Shown here piece after piece: positions 20,916-29,977 of a stretch of DNA of 64,000 bases; positions within the stretch are counted from its first letter, which is position 1; every line of letters starts with the position of its first letter. This stretch comes from an uncultured euryarchaeote (GTDB taxonomy: Archaea; Thermoplasmatota; Poseidoniia; Poseidoniales; Poseidoniaceae), in the NCBI GenBank assembly GCA_964001175.1, contig CAXFAS010000006.1, positions 6,237 through 70,236 of the forward strand, read 5' to 3'. Both the position numbers and the translations under genes were made by a program. Below the pieces are notes generated by a model. That model saw only the letters and a program-made list of their open reading frames with translations, did no database searches and was not told where the DNA came from.

Positions 20916-21570
20916 AATGGGGACCACTATCACTGCATCTCAAAACATTGAGGCTGCTAATGAGTGTCTTGAAGCCATAAATGCTAGATTCTCCGGTTCA
21001 GGAATTGTTGCCTCAGTAGAACACCATTCAAATGCAAAAAAATTCGCATTTATTAGAATTACAACACCTCCACAACACTGGCAAGCTTTAGCAAAATGGA
21101 TGCGTTTTGACCTAGAAGTAAATTATTGCTCAATGGTCACAGGCACCCATTTTCCAGATGGCCCTGATGAAAGAGGGTGGGAAGTTGCTTATCATTTTCT
21201 ACGACAACCGATTACCGACCAACTACCCGATACAAGTACAGTTTATGTTGCAGAAAAACTCGACGGAAAACTGATTCCAATGGAGTTCGAAGTACTAATT
21301 CCTCTAGAGAATAATGATTCACCAGTAGTTCCAACAGTTCAACATATATGGGTGGGTGCCGATTGGAACGAAAAAGAAACATGGGATTTAGTTGGGATTA
21401 AATTTGAGGGGCATAATAACATGCACAGAGTCCTAAATCCTCACGATAGTCCTGAAGGTTTCCATCCCTTACAGAAACAACACAAAATCCGATATCAAGA
21501 TCATAATGAAATGTATGACGATGCTCAAGGCTTTGGCCGAAAACCTGCGGACGAGGGCCGCGTTAAGTGA
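20908..21570 (+). CDS. nuoC: NADH-quinone oxidoreductase subunit C
   Basis: PTVQHIWVGADWNEKETWDLVGIKFEGHNNMHRVL matches the 30-kDa subunit signature. The start overlaps the nuoB stop. Confidence 0.85.
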   Translation: MSKMGTTITASQNIEAANECLEAINARFSGSGIVASVEHHSNAKKFAFIRITTPPQHWQALAKWMRFDLEVNYCSMVTGTHFPDGPDERGWEVAYHFLRQPITDQLPDTSTVYVAEKLDGKLIPMEFEVLIPLENNDSPVVPTVQHIWVGADWNEKETWDLVGIKFEGHNNMHRVLNPHDSPEGFHPLQKQHKIRYQDHNEMYDDAQGFGRKPADEGRVK

Positions 21571-21579
21571 GGCGATATT

Positions 21580-22719
21580 ATGGCACAAATGTGGATTACA
21601 ATGGGCCCGCAGCATCCTATGACACATGGTTTATGGACGCTGAGAGTCAAAGTAGACGGAGAGACAGTTGTCGACACAGAAGCGGAACTAGGATACATCC
21701 ATCGCGGTGTTGAGAAAATCTGCGAATCTAGAGATTTCACCCAAGTCACGCCATACTGCGACAGGCTTTGCTACGTTAGCGCAATGACTTGGGCAAATTC
21801 ATACATTTATGCTGCTGAAGATTTACTAGAAGCAGAAGTGCCTGAAAGAGCAGAATATATTCGTTTGATTGCTGCTGAATTACAGCGTCTAGCTTCTCAC
21901 TTGATGTGGCTGGGCGCATTTGGGCCAGACATAGGCAATTTGACCTTGATGACTTGGTGCATGCGAGACAGAGAAATGTTCCTCGACCTATTGCAAGAAC
22001 TAGGAGGTTCAAGAATGCACTACAACTACCCAAGAATTGGTGGAGTTAAGAGAGATATTCCAATTGGTTTTGCCGATAGAATGATTGCTAAAGTCAAACT
22101 GTTCGAGCGAAGAATCGAAGAATACGAAATGATGCTTGATGAATCAACCATTTGGCTAGTCCGATTACAGGGTGTTGGTTATGCTAATGCAGAAGAGATG
22201 GTGTCTGCAGGAGTTTCAGGGCCTAATGTTAGGGCTGCAGGAGTAAATTACGACGTTAGATGGGCACACCCATATTCGGTTTACGACGAAATCGATTGGG
22301 AGCCTGCCGTAGAAAAACCTACTTCGGTCAAGGGTGCTGATTGTTATGACCGTTATCGTGTCAGAATGGAAGAGATGCGACAATCCTGTAGAATGGTTTT
22401 GGATGCAATCGAAAAAATACCAGGTGGCAAGAATACAAATTACGCCAATGGTGATGAAATGATATACAAAAAAGCGCCTACTAGAGCCCCAGAAGGTGCA
22501 ACTGGCTTCAGCAATTATGAATGTACCAGAGGCGCATCTCAATTCTACCTGTTAGGCGGAGGTGAAGGGCGTGGTAAGAATCCTTACAGAGTATCTATTC
22601 GCTCTCCTATGTTTATCACAATTCCATTTGTAGCCAAGACAATGATTGGGTACAAAGTCGCCGATATACCGGCAATTATGGGTAGTTTTGACCCATGTAT
22701 CGGAGAAACAGATCGTTGA
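21580..22719 (+). CDS. nuoD: NADH-quinone oxidoreductase subunit D
   Basis: MGPQHPMTHG...LGYIHRGVEK...RLASHLMWLG, the 49-kDa subunit pattern, in the expected operon position. Confidence 0.95.
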   Translation: MAQMWITMGPQHPMTHGLWTLRVKVDGETVVDTEAELGYIHRGVEKICESRDFTQVTPYCDRLCYVSAMTWANSYIYAAEDLLEAEVPERAEYIRLIAAELQRLASHLMWLGAFGPDIGNLTLMTWCMRDREMFLDLLQELGGSRMHYNYPRIGGVKRDIPIGFADRMIAKVKLFERRIEEYEMMLDESTIWLVRLQGVGYANAEEMVSAGVSGPNVRAAGVNYDVRWAHPYSVYDEIDWEPAVEKPTSVKGADCYDRYRVRMEEMRQSCRMVLDAIEKIPGGKNTNYANGDEMIYKKAPTRAPEGATGFSNYECTRGASQFYLLGGGEGRGKNPYRVSIRSPMFITIPFVAKTMIGYKVADIPAIMGSFDPCIGETDR

Positions 22720-22728
22720 GGTGATACT

Positions 22729-24231
22729 ATGGATGATGCATACGACTTAAGGGGGTTAATTTTCGACCTTGTTGAAAAGACAATACCTCCCTTATTGGAA
22801 GGAACTCCTTTAGAGGATAGTTCAGGACAAATCGCATTTGGATTAGCAACCTTTGCCGTAGTCAATATTGTATTTTTGATGCTTTTCTTCTCTCAATTCG
22901 CTATACTTTGGATTGAGAGGAAGGCTGTTGCTAGAATGAATGACCGAAGAGGTGCTACTACCGCTTTACGTTCATTATGGGTCGGAGAAAACGGCGTTAC
23001 TGCTGGCGATTGGTGGAATATGTTACCATTTGGCCTTGGCAAACCAGTCGGCGCAGTAAACAAATTCTTGAATAAGAAATTCGGTAATAGAGATGAGAAG
23101 TTTGCAACTGTTGACAGAGTCAATAACAGGTCTTGGATGGGGTATTCAATATTCCCTGGTTTCTTCCAGAACGTGGCCGATGGAATGAAATTTCTCCTCA
23201 AAGAACACATGGTTCCGCAGCGAGCTGACAAGTTAATTTTTGAAGTTTCACCATTCCTAATCGTCTCTTCAACACTGTTAATCCTTGGAATTATTCCTTT
23301 ATCTAGTGGGATTTATGCGACTAATCCCGAACTCTCCATACTGTATGCAATTGCTATTTTTGGTATTGCTCCGATAGGAGTTTTCTTTGCAGGATGGTCA
23401 TCTAATAACAAGTATACATTGATTGGCGGTATTCGTTCTGCAGCGCAGTTGACTGCTTATGAAATACCTCTTTTACTGACTTTACTTTCGGTTGCAGTAT
23501 TGTCTGGGACATTCAATATTATTGAAAGCGTTCATTTCCAGCATTCTGCAGGAGCCTGGAATTTATTCTTGATGCCTTTGGGTGCAGGCTTATTCCTGCT
23601 CACTATGATTGCTGAGGTGGAAAGAGTCCCGTTCGATATGCCCGAAGCAGAGGCTGAACTTGTCGAAGGTTGGTGGACTGAGTATGGTGGAATGAGATTT
23701 GGTATGTTATTCATGGCAGAATATATCAGAACTTATGCTGCTTGTTTCTTATTCACCCATTTCTTCCTTGGAGGATGGCACTTACCGTTCCAAGGACTAA
23801 TTAGTACAATACCAATTCTTGGCGACCTGTATGTTTTAATTCCAGGAGCTGTTGTTGTATTGATCAAATCTTGGCTTGTATTCCTCTTAGTATTCGTTTG
23901 GGCTAGATTTTCACTTGCTAGAATCAGAACCGATCAAATCTTAGAATTCGGTTGGAGAATTTTACTACCATTGGCTGTATTCCAACTAGTTCTTTCCGCT
24001 GTTTACAGATTATACTTCTTTGACCCTACTGCACTTTCCGACAGTGCTTATGGGGGAACATCTTGGGATGCTTTCGGTATCCCATTCCTAATCCCCGTCA
24101 TTACGACCATAATTTGGCTTGGAATTTTCTTCCTTATGCTGAATGATGAAGATAAGAGCGGGAATACGGAACGTATGTTCCATGTCTATACAGATAAGCC
24201 TGCGGGAACATATGTCCCGGGGCAGGAGTGA
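22729..24231 (+). CDS. nuoH: NADH-quinone oxidoreductase subunit H, unusually long (500 aa)
   Basis: ERKAVARMNDRRG ... FQNVADGMKFLLKE ... AEVERVPFDMPEAEAELVEGW... are NuoH/ND1 signatures, with an extra loop and a C-terminal extension. Confidence 0.9.
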   Translation: MDDAYDLRGLIFDLVEKTIPPLLEGTPLEDSSGQIAFGLATFAVVNIVFLMLFFSQFAILWIERKAVARMNDRRGATTALRSLWVGENGVTAGDWWNMLPFGLGKPVGAVNKFLNKKFGNRDEKFATVDRVNNRSWMGYSIFPGFFQNVADGMKFLLKEHMVPQRADKLIFEVSPFLIVSSTLLILGIIPLSSGIYATNPELSILYAIAIFGIAPIGVFFAGWSSNNKYTLIGGIRSAAQLTAYEIPLLLTLLSVAVLSGTFNIIESVHFQHSAGAWNLFLMPLGAGLFLLTMIAEVERVPFDMPEAEAELVEGWWTEYGGMRFGMLFMAEYIRTYAACFLFTHFFLGGWHLPFQGLISTIPILGDLYVLIPGAVVVLIKSWLVFLLVFVWARFSLARIRTDQILEFGWRILLPLAVFQLVLSAVYRLYFFDPTALSDSAYGGTSWDAFGIPFLIPVITTIIWLGIFFLMLNDEDKSGNTERMFHVYTDKPAGTYVPGQE

Positions 24232-24241
24232 GGTGAAAATT

Positions 24242-25216
24242 ATGCCAATGCATCCACATGCAAAACCGAATTTTAGAAACTTATTTTGGTACCCGTTTAA
24301 GATTACCCTGATTACAGCATTACGAACATTCCCAATCTTTGGTAAAATATTCGGGAAGCGTCTATCAGGCGGCTATCACAACACAACCCATCCTGAATTC
24401 TTAGATGATGGCTCAGCATCCAGAGCCTCAAAGAACGCTCAATTCAACGATATTTCTCAACAAGAATTTGCGCCTGACAGAGTAACTTCAGATTTATTCC
24501 CTACATTATGGAAGCCTCAAACAGTTCAATATCCGTATGAAAGATTAGAGGATATGGAACCGTGGCTTTTCGTTCCAGGAAATTATAATGGTAGAATTGG
24601 TGTAATTTGGGAAACTTGTACTGCATGTAAATTATGTGTTACAGCCTGCCCTAACGATTGCCTCCACATGACAACCGAACTTCGAGTAGATGTTTTGGAT
24701 GGAGCAGACGGAGAGCATGGTGGAATGGGTTCCGAATTAGAAGTCGGAGGTTATGCTGCTCAACAAATTGTCGAAGTTACAGAATCACTAGAGGACTTTA
24801 ATCACGTAACAGCGCATTCTGACACTCCAGATCAATGGAGGTTTGCTGAAATTTTAGACCTTTCAGGAAATACCGCTACAGTTCGTTGGAATGATTCAGG
24901 AGCTGAACAAGAAGTCGAGACCTCAGAATTATTTGTAGCAGATGACCAAATTGTTTCTGGACGTATCGATATGGGAAGATGTATGTTTTGCGGCCTTTGT
25001 ATGGAAGCCTGTGGGTTTACATCTTTCTTCATGACAAATGAGTATGATGGTATGTCTGGTTTCACACGACAAGACCTTTGGTTCGATGCAAGTAGAACTC
25101 GTGTTCTACCATCAGTTCATCAAGAGGCAGTTGATTCAGAACTAGCAAAGCGCGCCAATAAAGAGCGCGACAAGAGAGCGAAGAAAGCAGCGAGAGCTGC
25201 TAAGGAGAGTGCCTGA
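24242..25216 (+). CDS. nuoI: NADH-quinone oxidoreductase subunit I with a large insertion between the two ferredoxin motifs
   Basis: CTACKLCVTACP and CMFCGLCMEACG are the 2x[4Fe-4S] motifs. GAGGTGA precedes ATG 24242; the track extension back to 24143 lies inside nuoH. Lys/Ala-rich C-terminal tail. Confidence 0.85.
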   Translation: MPMHPHAKPNFRNLFWYPFKITLITALRTFPIFGKIFGKRLSGGYHNTTHPEFLDDGSASRASKNAQFNDISQQEFAPDRVTSDLFPTLWKPQTVQYPYERLEDMEPWLFVPGNYNGRIGVIWETCTACKLCVTACPNDCLHMTTELRVDVLDGADGEHGGMGSELEVGGYAAQQIVEVTESLEDFNHVTAHSDTPDQWRFAEILDLSGNTATVRWNDSGAEQEVETSELFVADDQIVSGRIDMGRCMFCGLCMEACGFTSFFMTNEYDGMSGFTRQDLWFDASRTRVLPSVHQEAVDSELAKRANKERDKRAKKAARAAKESA

Positions 25217-25493
25217 TTTGGACGTTGGAGCAATTGTCGAAGCAGGTGTATTCTTCCTGTTTGCCACCATAACTATAGGTGGTGCTTTGGGACTTATTTT
25301 GGCTCAAAGAGTTGCTCACTCCATGCTTTCATTGATATTCTGTTTTATGGCGGTCTCTGGAATTTTTATCCTACTTGGTGCTGAATTCCTTGCTGCAATT
25401 CAGATTTTAGTTTATCTTGCCAGCGTTGGACTTGTAGTATTATTCGGCATTATGCTCACTAGAAGACAAATACTTGAGGAGGATTTCGAATGA
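25209..25493 (+). CDS. nuoJ: NADH-quinone oxidoreductase subunit J, N-terminal part
   Basis: Three TM helices. Its operon position and the motif LGAEFLAAIQILVYLASVGLVVLFGIML match the NuoJ core. Confidence 0.7.
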   Translation: MPDLDVGAIVEAGVFFLFATITIGGALGLILAQRVAHSMLSLIFCFMAVSGIFILLGAEFLAAIQILVYLASVGLVVLFGIMLTRRQILEEDFE

Positions 25494-25759
25494 AATTTCT
25501 TTCTCTTGTAACTCGAATTGGCCTACTAGCGCTTGGGATGATTCTGGTTTCAGTATTAAGCGCTGACGAAGTATGGGATAATTCAAGTGAAAGTGAACCA
25601 ACAACAAATGCCTTAGCAGATATTATGCTTAATGAATGGGCATTACCACTGTTAATGCTTGGGGTTTTGATGTCTATTGCAATGATTGGTGCTGCATATT
25701 TAGTTCGTGATGAGAGAAGAGAAAACCTTCTCTGGGAATTTGGAGGTGAAGAGGAATGA
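25490..25759 (+). CDS. nuoJ: NADH-quinone oxidoreductase subunit J, C-terminal part (separate ORF)
   Basis: ATGA start/stop overlap with the preceding ORF and its own GAGGAGG SD. Two TM helices in the position of the NuoJ C-terminal half. I recall a split nuoJ1/nuoJ2 in other archaea. Confidence 0.55.
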   Translation: MKFLSLVTRIGLLALGMILVSVLSADEVWDNSSESEPTTNALADIMLNEWALPLLMLGVLMSIAMIGAAYLVRDERRENLLWEFGGEEE

Positions 25760-26058
25760 TCGATCCATCATGGGTTTCAGCCCTTTCAGCCCTATTATTC
25801 ATTATTGGACTTGCTGGGGCATTTACTCGTAAGAATGCAATAATTGTTCTAATGTGCATTGAATTAATGTTGAATGCTGCCAATATGCAATTTGCCGCTG
25901 CTGCTGTTCATCACGGAGATGCTACTGGCTGGATTTACACTATTTTTGCAATTGCAATTGCTGCAAGTGAAGTTGCTATAGGATTAGCAATTTTCCTTGC
26001 AATGTATGGTAAGCATGAATCGATATCATTGGACGATGTGGACGTCCTTAAAAACTGA
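25756..26058 (+). CDS. nuoK: NADH-quinone oxidoreductase subunit K
   Basis: 100 aa with LFIIGLAGAFTRKNAIIVLMCIELMLNAAN, the NuoK signature. Confidence 0.9.
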   Translation: MIDPSWVSALSALLFIIGLAGAFTRKNAIIVLMCIELMLNAANMQFAAAAVHHGDATGWIYTIFAIAIAASEVAIGLAIFLAMYGKHESISLDDVDVLKN

Positions 26059-26067
26059 GGTGAGATA

Positions 26068-28347
26068 ATGGCAGGTTCAAGTTCTAATGTTATTCTGGAC
26101 AGCGATATGATTCAATATGCGCCACTTATCATTCTTCTACCAATGTTGGCTTTCCCAGTAATTCTATTCCTTGGTTATGTATTCAATAGAAACCCATTTT
26201 GGAAAAATAATCTGAAAGAGGGTGGCTTGATTGCTCTACCTGTAATGGCTGCTAGCCTAATTATTTCTTTACTACTTATCAAAGACCACATAGGTAGCTT
26301 TTCAGGAATCAAAGACTCATTCAATCTTCTATGGGTAAATACCAATGTTTGGGATGGAGGCGTTTTGGAACCAGTAACCTTTGGGTTTGGAATATATGTG
26401 GACCACGTCACAGTTATGCTATTATTTGTAGCATCTTTCCTATGTCTTTTGATTAATATTTTCAGTGTTGGGTATATGAATACTGATCCAATCAACGATA
26501 ATAAAAACCACAGATTTTACGCAGAATTCGTTCTTTTCTGTTCCGGTATGTTAGGAATGGTTCTTGCAGATTCCTTCCTTTGGTTATTCATTTTCTGGGA
26601 AATTATGGGTCTTTGCTCATACTTACTCATCGGCTTTTATTACGAAAAACCGAGTGCTGCTTATGCTGCAAAGAAAGCGTTCCTTACAACACGTATCGGT
26701 GATGTTTTCTTAATGATTGGTCTTGTAATGATGTGGGACCTATTTGGCTCTCTAGACTACGCAGTGGTATTTGATGAAACGAATATTGCCGCAGTAGCCG
26801 CTGAATCCTCAAGTACCTTACAGTGGGCACTTGGAATGATGTTTATTGGAGCGGTTGGTAAATCCGCACAATTCCCATTACACGTTTGGTTGCCAGATGC
26901 TATGGAAGGGCCAACTCCGGTTTCTGCTTTGATTCACGCTGCAACCATGGTAAATGCTGGACTATATCTTGTTGCTAGAATGTTCCCATTCTTCGGTGCT
27001 GAAGCACTTAACGGAGAACTTGTAGACTTAGCATTCATAATAGCATTAATCGGTGGAATTACTGCAGTCATGGCTGCAGCAATTGCCTTTGTCCAAAACG
27101 ACTTGAAGAAGGTATTAGCTTACTCAACTATGAGTCAATTGGCATATATCTTCACAGGTTTAGGATGTGCAATGTACCTAGCCAATACCTTGGATTGGCA
27201 TAATGATAGTAAAGCGCATTATATTGTAATTGTAGCCTTTGGTGCTGCGCTATTCCACCTTTTCAACCACGCAATGGCAAAAGGAATGCTGTTTATGGCA
27301 AGTGGTTCAGTAATTCACGAAGTTCATCATGCACATCACCACTTACACCACCACGACGATCATGGCGACGACCATGGCGATGGGCATCATGATGACGATC
27401 ACCACGATGAGGAGTTCGATGCTCAGTCAATGGATAATATGGGCGGATTAGCATCTAAAATGCCTCTTACTGCAACCGCTATGTTAGTTGGTTCAGCATC
27501 TATTATGGGTCTACCACTAATCGGAGGGTTTTGGTCCAAAGAGGGAATTATTGCTAATGCCTGGAGAGTCGCACAAGACGACCCTAGATTCCTAATTCCT
27601 GCAATGTGCGTGTTAATCGGCGCAGGTATGACAGGTTTCTATATGTCTAGAATGTGGTTAAAGACCTTCGCTGGTAAACCGAATAATGAGGTTGCAGCCC
27701 ATGTTGGACCAACTAATACATGGATTAAGATTCCATTATTTGTATTGACTTTCGTATCTTTATCTGCTATTTTGTTTGCTGGAATGGGCTTTACTCACTG
27801 GGCACCAGACAGCGAATACAGTTTCCTTTCGGAGAAGAATTTACTAGAAGGAATCGCTTATGAAATGGAACATGCATTCGCAAATAGTGATGCCTTCTTC
27901 TTTATCATTACATACATAGCAATTGCAATTGGTGCAATATTAGGGCCAGGTCTCGCAATGGCTCTTTATGGTGGTAATTTGGCTGAAGGAGAAGAGACTA
28001 AGCCTTGGATGAGACCAGTAATTAGATTGAATGCTTGGGTCTACAATCGCTTCAATTTCAATAACAGTTCTATAGCAAATTCTAGTCTAACTAGGGCACT
28101 TGAACAGAGATTATACTTCGATCACTACTATGACATGGCAATGTTGAAAATCGTTGCAGCCTTTTCCAATAAATCAGCAGAGGTAGATTCATCTGTAATC
28201 GATGGAACGATTAAGAATATTGAATCTGGTTCTCAGTCTCTATCAAGTATCATTCGTTCGATGACAACTGGTTCAGCAAGAGATTACATCCTGATGGTTT
28301 CTGTTGGTACTTTAGCGATTTTCTTTTTATTGTGGGGGGTGGCTTGA
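26068..28347 (+). CDS. nuoL: NADH-quinone oxidoreductase subunit L with a His/Asp-rich insert
   Basis: Antiporter-like motifs GKSAQFPLHVWLPDAMEGPTPVSALIHAATMV and MASGSVIH...NMGGL. 759 aa. Confidence 0.9.
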   Translation: MAGSSSNVILDSDMIQYAPLIILLPMLAFPVILFLGYVFNRNPFWKNNLKEGGLIALPVMAASLIISLLLIKDHIGSFSGIKDSFNLLWVNTNVWDGGVLEPVTFGFGIYVDHVTVMLLFVASFLCLLINIFSVGYMNTDPINDNKNHRFYAEFVLFCSGMLGMVLADSFLWLFIFWEIMGLCSYLLIGFYYEKPSAAYAAKKAFLTTRIGDVFLMIGLVMMWDLFGSLDYAVVFDETNIAAVAAESSSTLQWALGMMFIGAVGKSAQFPLHVWLPDAMEGPTPVSALIHAATMVNAGLYLVARMFPFFGAEALNGELVDLAFIIALIGGITAVMAAAIAFVQNDLKKVLAYSTMSQLAYIFTGLGCAMYLANTLDWHNDSKAHYIVIVAFGAALFHLFNHAMAKGMLFMASGSVIHEVHHAHHHLHHHDDHGDDHGDGHHDDDHHDEEFDAQSMDNMGGLASKMPLTATAMLVGSASIMGLPLIGGFWSKEGIIANAWRVAQDDPRFLIPAMCVLIGAGMTGFYMSRMWLKTFAGKPNNEVAAHVGPTNTWIKIPLFVLTFVSLSAILFAGMGFTHWAPDSEYSFLSEKNLLEGIAYEMEHAFANSDAFFFIITYIAIAIGAILGPGLAMALYGGNLAEGEETKPWMRPVIRLNAWVYNRFNFNNSSIANSSLTRALEQRLYFDHYYDMAMLKIVAAFSNKSAEVDSSVIDGTIKNIESGSQSLSSIIRSMTTGSARDYILMVSVGTLAIFFLLWGVA
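27316..27414 (+). repeat. Low-complexity His/Asp-coding tract inside nuoL
   Basis: Encodes HEVHHAHHHLHHHDDHGDDHGDGHHDDDHHDEE. The CAY/GAY-rich DNA is visible directly. Confidence 0.9.
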
Positions 28348-29976
28348 ATGAATGATTGGATTTCTATTCCTTTAGTTGCATTCCCATTAGTATCTAGTAT
28401 GATTTTATTGGGCTTCGTATCTAATGCATCTCCGCGAGTTAGGGACGGATTGGTCAATCCGGTTAGAATGGCATGTCTTGTCTTCTCACTAGTTATGTTA
28501 GCACTAACAACAGGAATGTTTTTCAGATACTTTGGAGATGTATCATGGATGGATATTGCATTCAATGATTATGAATTCTTTGTAACCTATTCTTGGATTG
28601 ATTCTTTAGGAATAAATTGGACTGTAGGATTAGACGCCTTATCTTTCCCTATGGTTTGGTTGACAACTTTCTTGTTACCTGTTACAATAATTGCTACATG
28701 GAATGAGAAATATGGTGCTACTTATTTCCCTCTTCTTTTGATGATGGGTGGAGCTTTAATTGGAGTATTTGTATCTCTAGACTTATTCATGTTCTATATC
28801 TTCTGGGAGTTAACTCTAATCCCTATGTTCTTCCTAATTCTCAAATGGGGTGGAAAAGACCGAAAGTATGCTGCTCAGAAATTCTTCATTTACACGTTTA
28901 CTGCTTCTGTAGTTATGTTACTCGGCCTAATTACTCTATACTTCTTACAAGAGCCGAATACTCTTGCTTCTGCAGGTTCTATGACAGGTCGAAGTTTCTC
29001 TATTCCAGAATTGATAGATTCTGCAAGAACAGCAAATGCTGGAGATAACTGGTTCCTTGGAAAGACAATGCAGAATATTTTGTTTGTTATGCTAATGATT
29101 GGATTTTTAGTAAAACTTCCAGCAGTACCATTCCACACTTGGTTGCCCGACGCTCACGTTCAAGCACCTACAGGCGGTTCTATGCTTTTAGCAGGTGTAA
29201 TGCTGAAGATGGGTGCTTATGGAATGTTTAGACTTCCTCTAAGTTTATTCCCTCACGCTCTCTATCACTTCCAGTTAGCATTAATGATCATCGGAATAGT
29301 ATCTTTGGTCTGGGGAGCAATTGTCTGTTTAGGTCAAACCAATTTGAAGAAGATGGTTGCTTATTCATCGGTTTCACACATGGGTGTTATTTTGATTGGT
29401 ATTGCTACAATGCAACCTATGGGATGGGCTGCTGCATTGTTCATGATGTTTGCACACGGAATTATTAGCCCAATGTTATTCGCCGTATGTGGTGCTTTCA
29501 AGCATCATTATCACAGTATGGAAATTGGTGCAATGCGGGGAATGGCTAAGCATTCTCCATGGCTTGCAACATCTATGATGTTTGCTTGGATGGCTTCTTT
29601 GGGACTTCCACTTCTTGCAGGATTTGTAGCAGAAATAATGATGTTAATCGCACTTTGGCATTTAATTTCATTAGATGGATGGAGTATCTGGTGGATGGTT
29701 GGTCCTGCACTTGTATTAGCATTGACTGCAGCATACTATCTATGGTCCATGCAAAGAACAATTTTCGAAGGAGGGGCTGATACACAACCTCCAGAATCGA
29801 TGCGTGGAAAAGCGATTCCGGATATTTCTAATCCAGAGAAATTTGCTATGATTTTACTTGCCTTCTTTACAATCCTATTTGGAATAATGCCTTGGATTGC
29901 CTTAGATATGATGGACGATTGGACAAAACAAATTTTCAATGGCTTAATTATATTTGTTGGAAAGGGAGGTGCCTGA
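28348..29976 (+). CDS. nuoM: NADH-quinone oxidoreductase subunit M
   Basis: LVKLPAVPFHTWLPDAHVQAPTGGSMLLAGVMLKMG and KKMVAYSSVSHMG, the NuoM/ND4 pattern. Confidence 0.9.
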   Translation: MNDWISIPLVAFPLVSSMILLGFVSNASPRVRDGLVNPVRMACLVFSLVMLALTTGMFFRYFGDVSWMDIAFNDYEFFVTYSWIDSLGINWTVGLDALSFPMVWLTTFLLPVTIIATWNEKYGATYFPLLLMMGGALIGVFVSLDLFMFYIFWELTLIPMFFLILKWGGKDRKYAAQKFFIYTFTASVVMLLGLITLYFLQEPNTLASAGSMTGRSFSIPELIDSARTANAGDNWFLGKTMQNILFVMLMIGFLVKLPAVPFHTWLPDAHVQAPTGGSMLLAGVMLKMGAYGMFRLPLSLFPHALYHFQLALMIIGIVSLVWGAIVCLGQTNLKKMVAYSSVSHMGVILIGIATMQPMGWAAALFMMFAHGIISPMLFAVCGAFKHHYHSMEIGAMRGMAKHSPWLATSMMFAWMASLGLPLLAGFVAEIMMLIALWHLISLDGWSIWWMVGPALVLALTAAYYLWSMQRTIFEGGADTQPPESMRGKAIPDISNPEKFAMILLAFFTILFGIMPWIALDMMDDWTKQIFNGLIIFVGKGGA

Positions 29977-29977
29977 T

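Noticed and set aside
24143-24241. N-terminal 33-aa extension of nuoI overlapping the end of nuoH
   Set aside because: GAGGTGA followed by ATG at 24242 gives a standard start immediately after the nuoH stop. The upstream extension is a reading-frame accident.
25209-25759. NuoJ split into two ORFs as a possible frameshift or pseudogene
   Set aside because: The junction is a clean ATGA overlap, and the second ORF has its own GAGGAGG SD. Both parts are intact membrane segments. I recall split nuoJ1/nuoJ2 in other archaea, so this is probably native.
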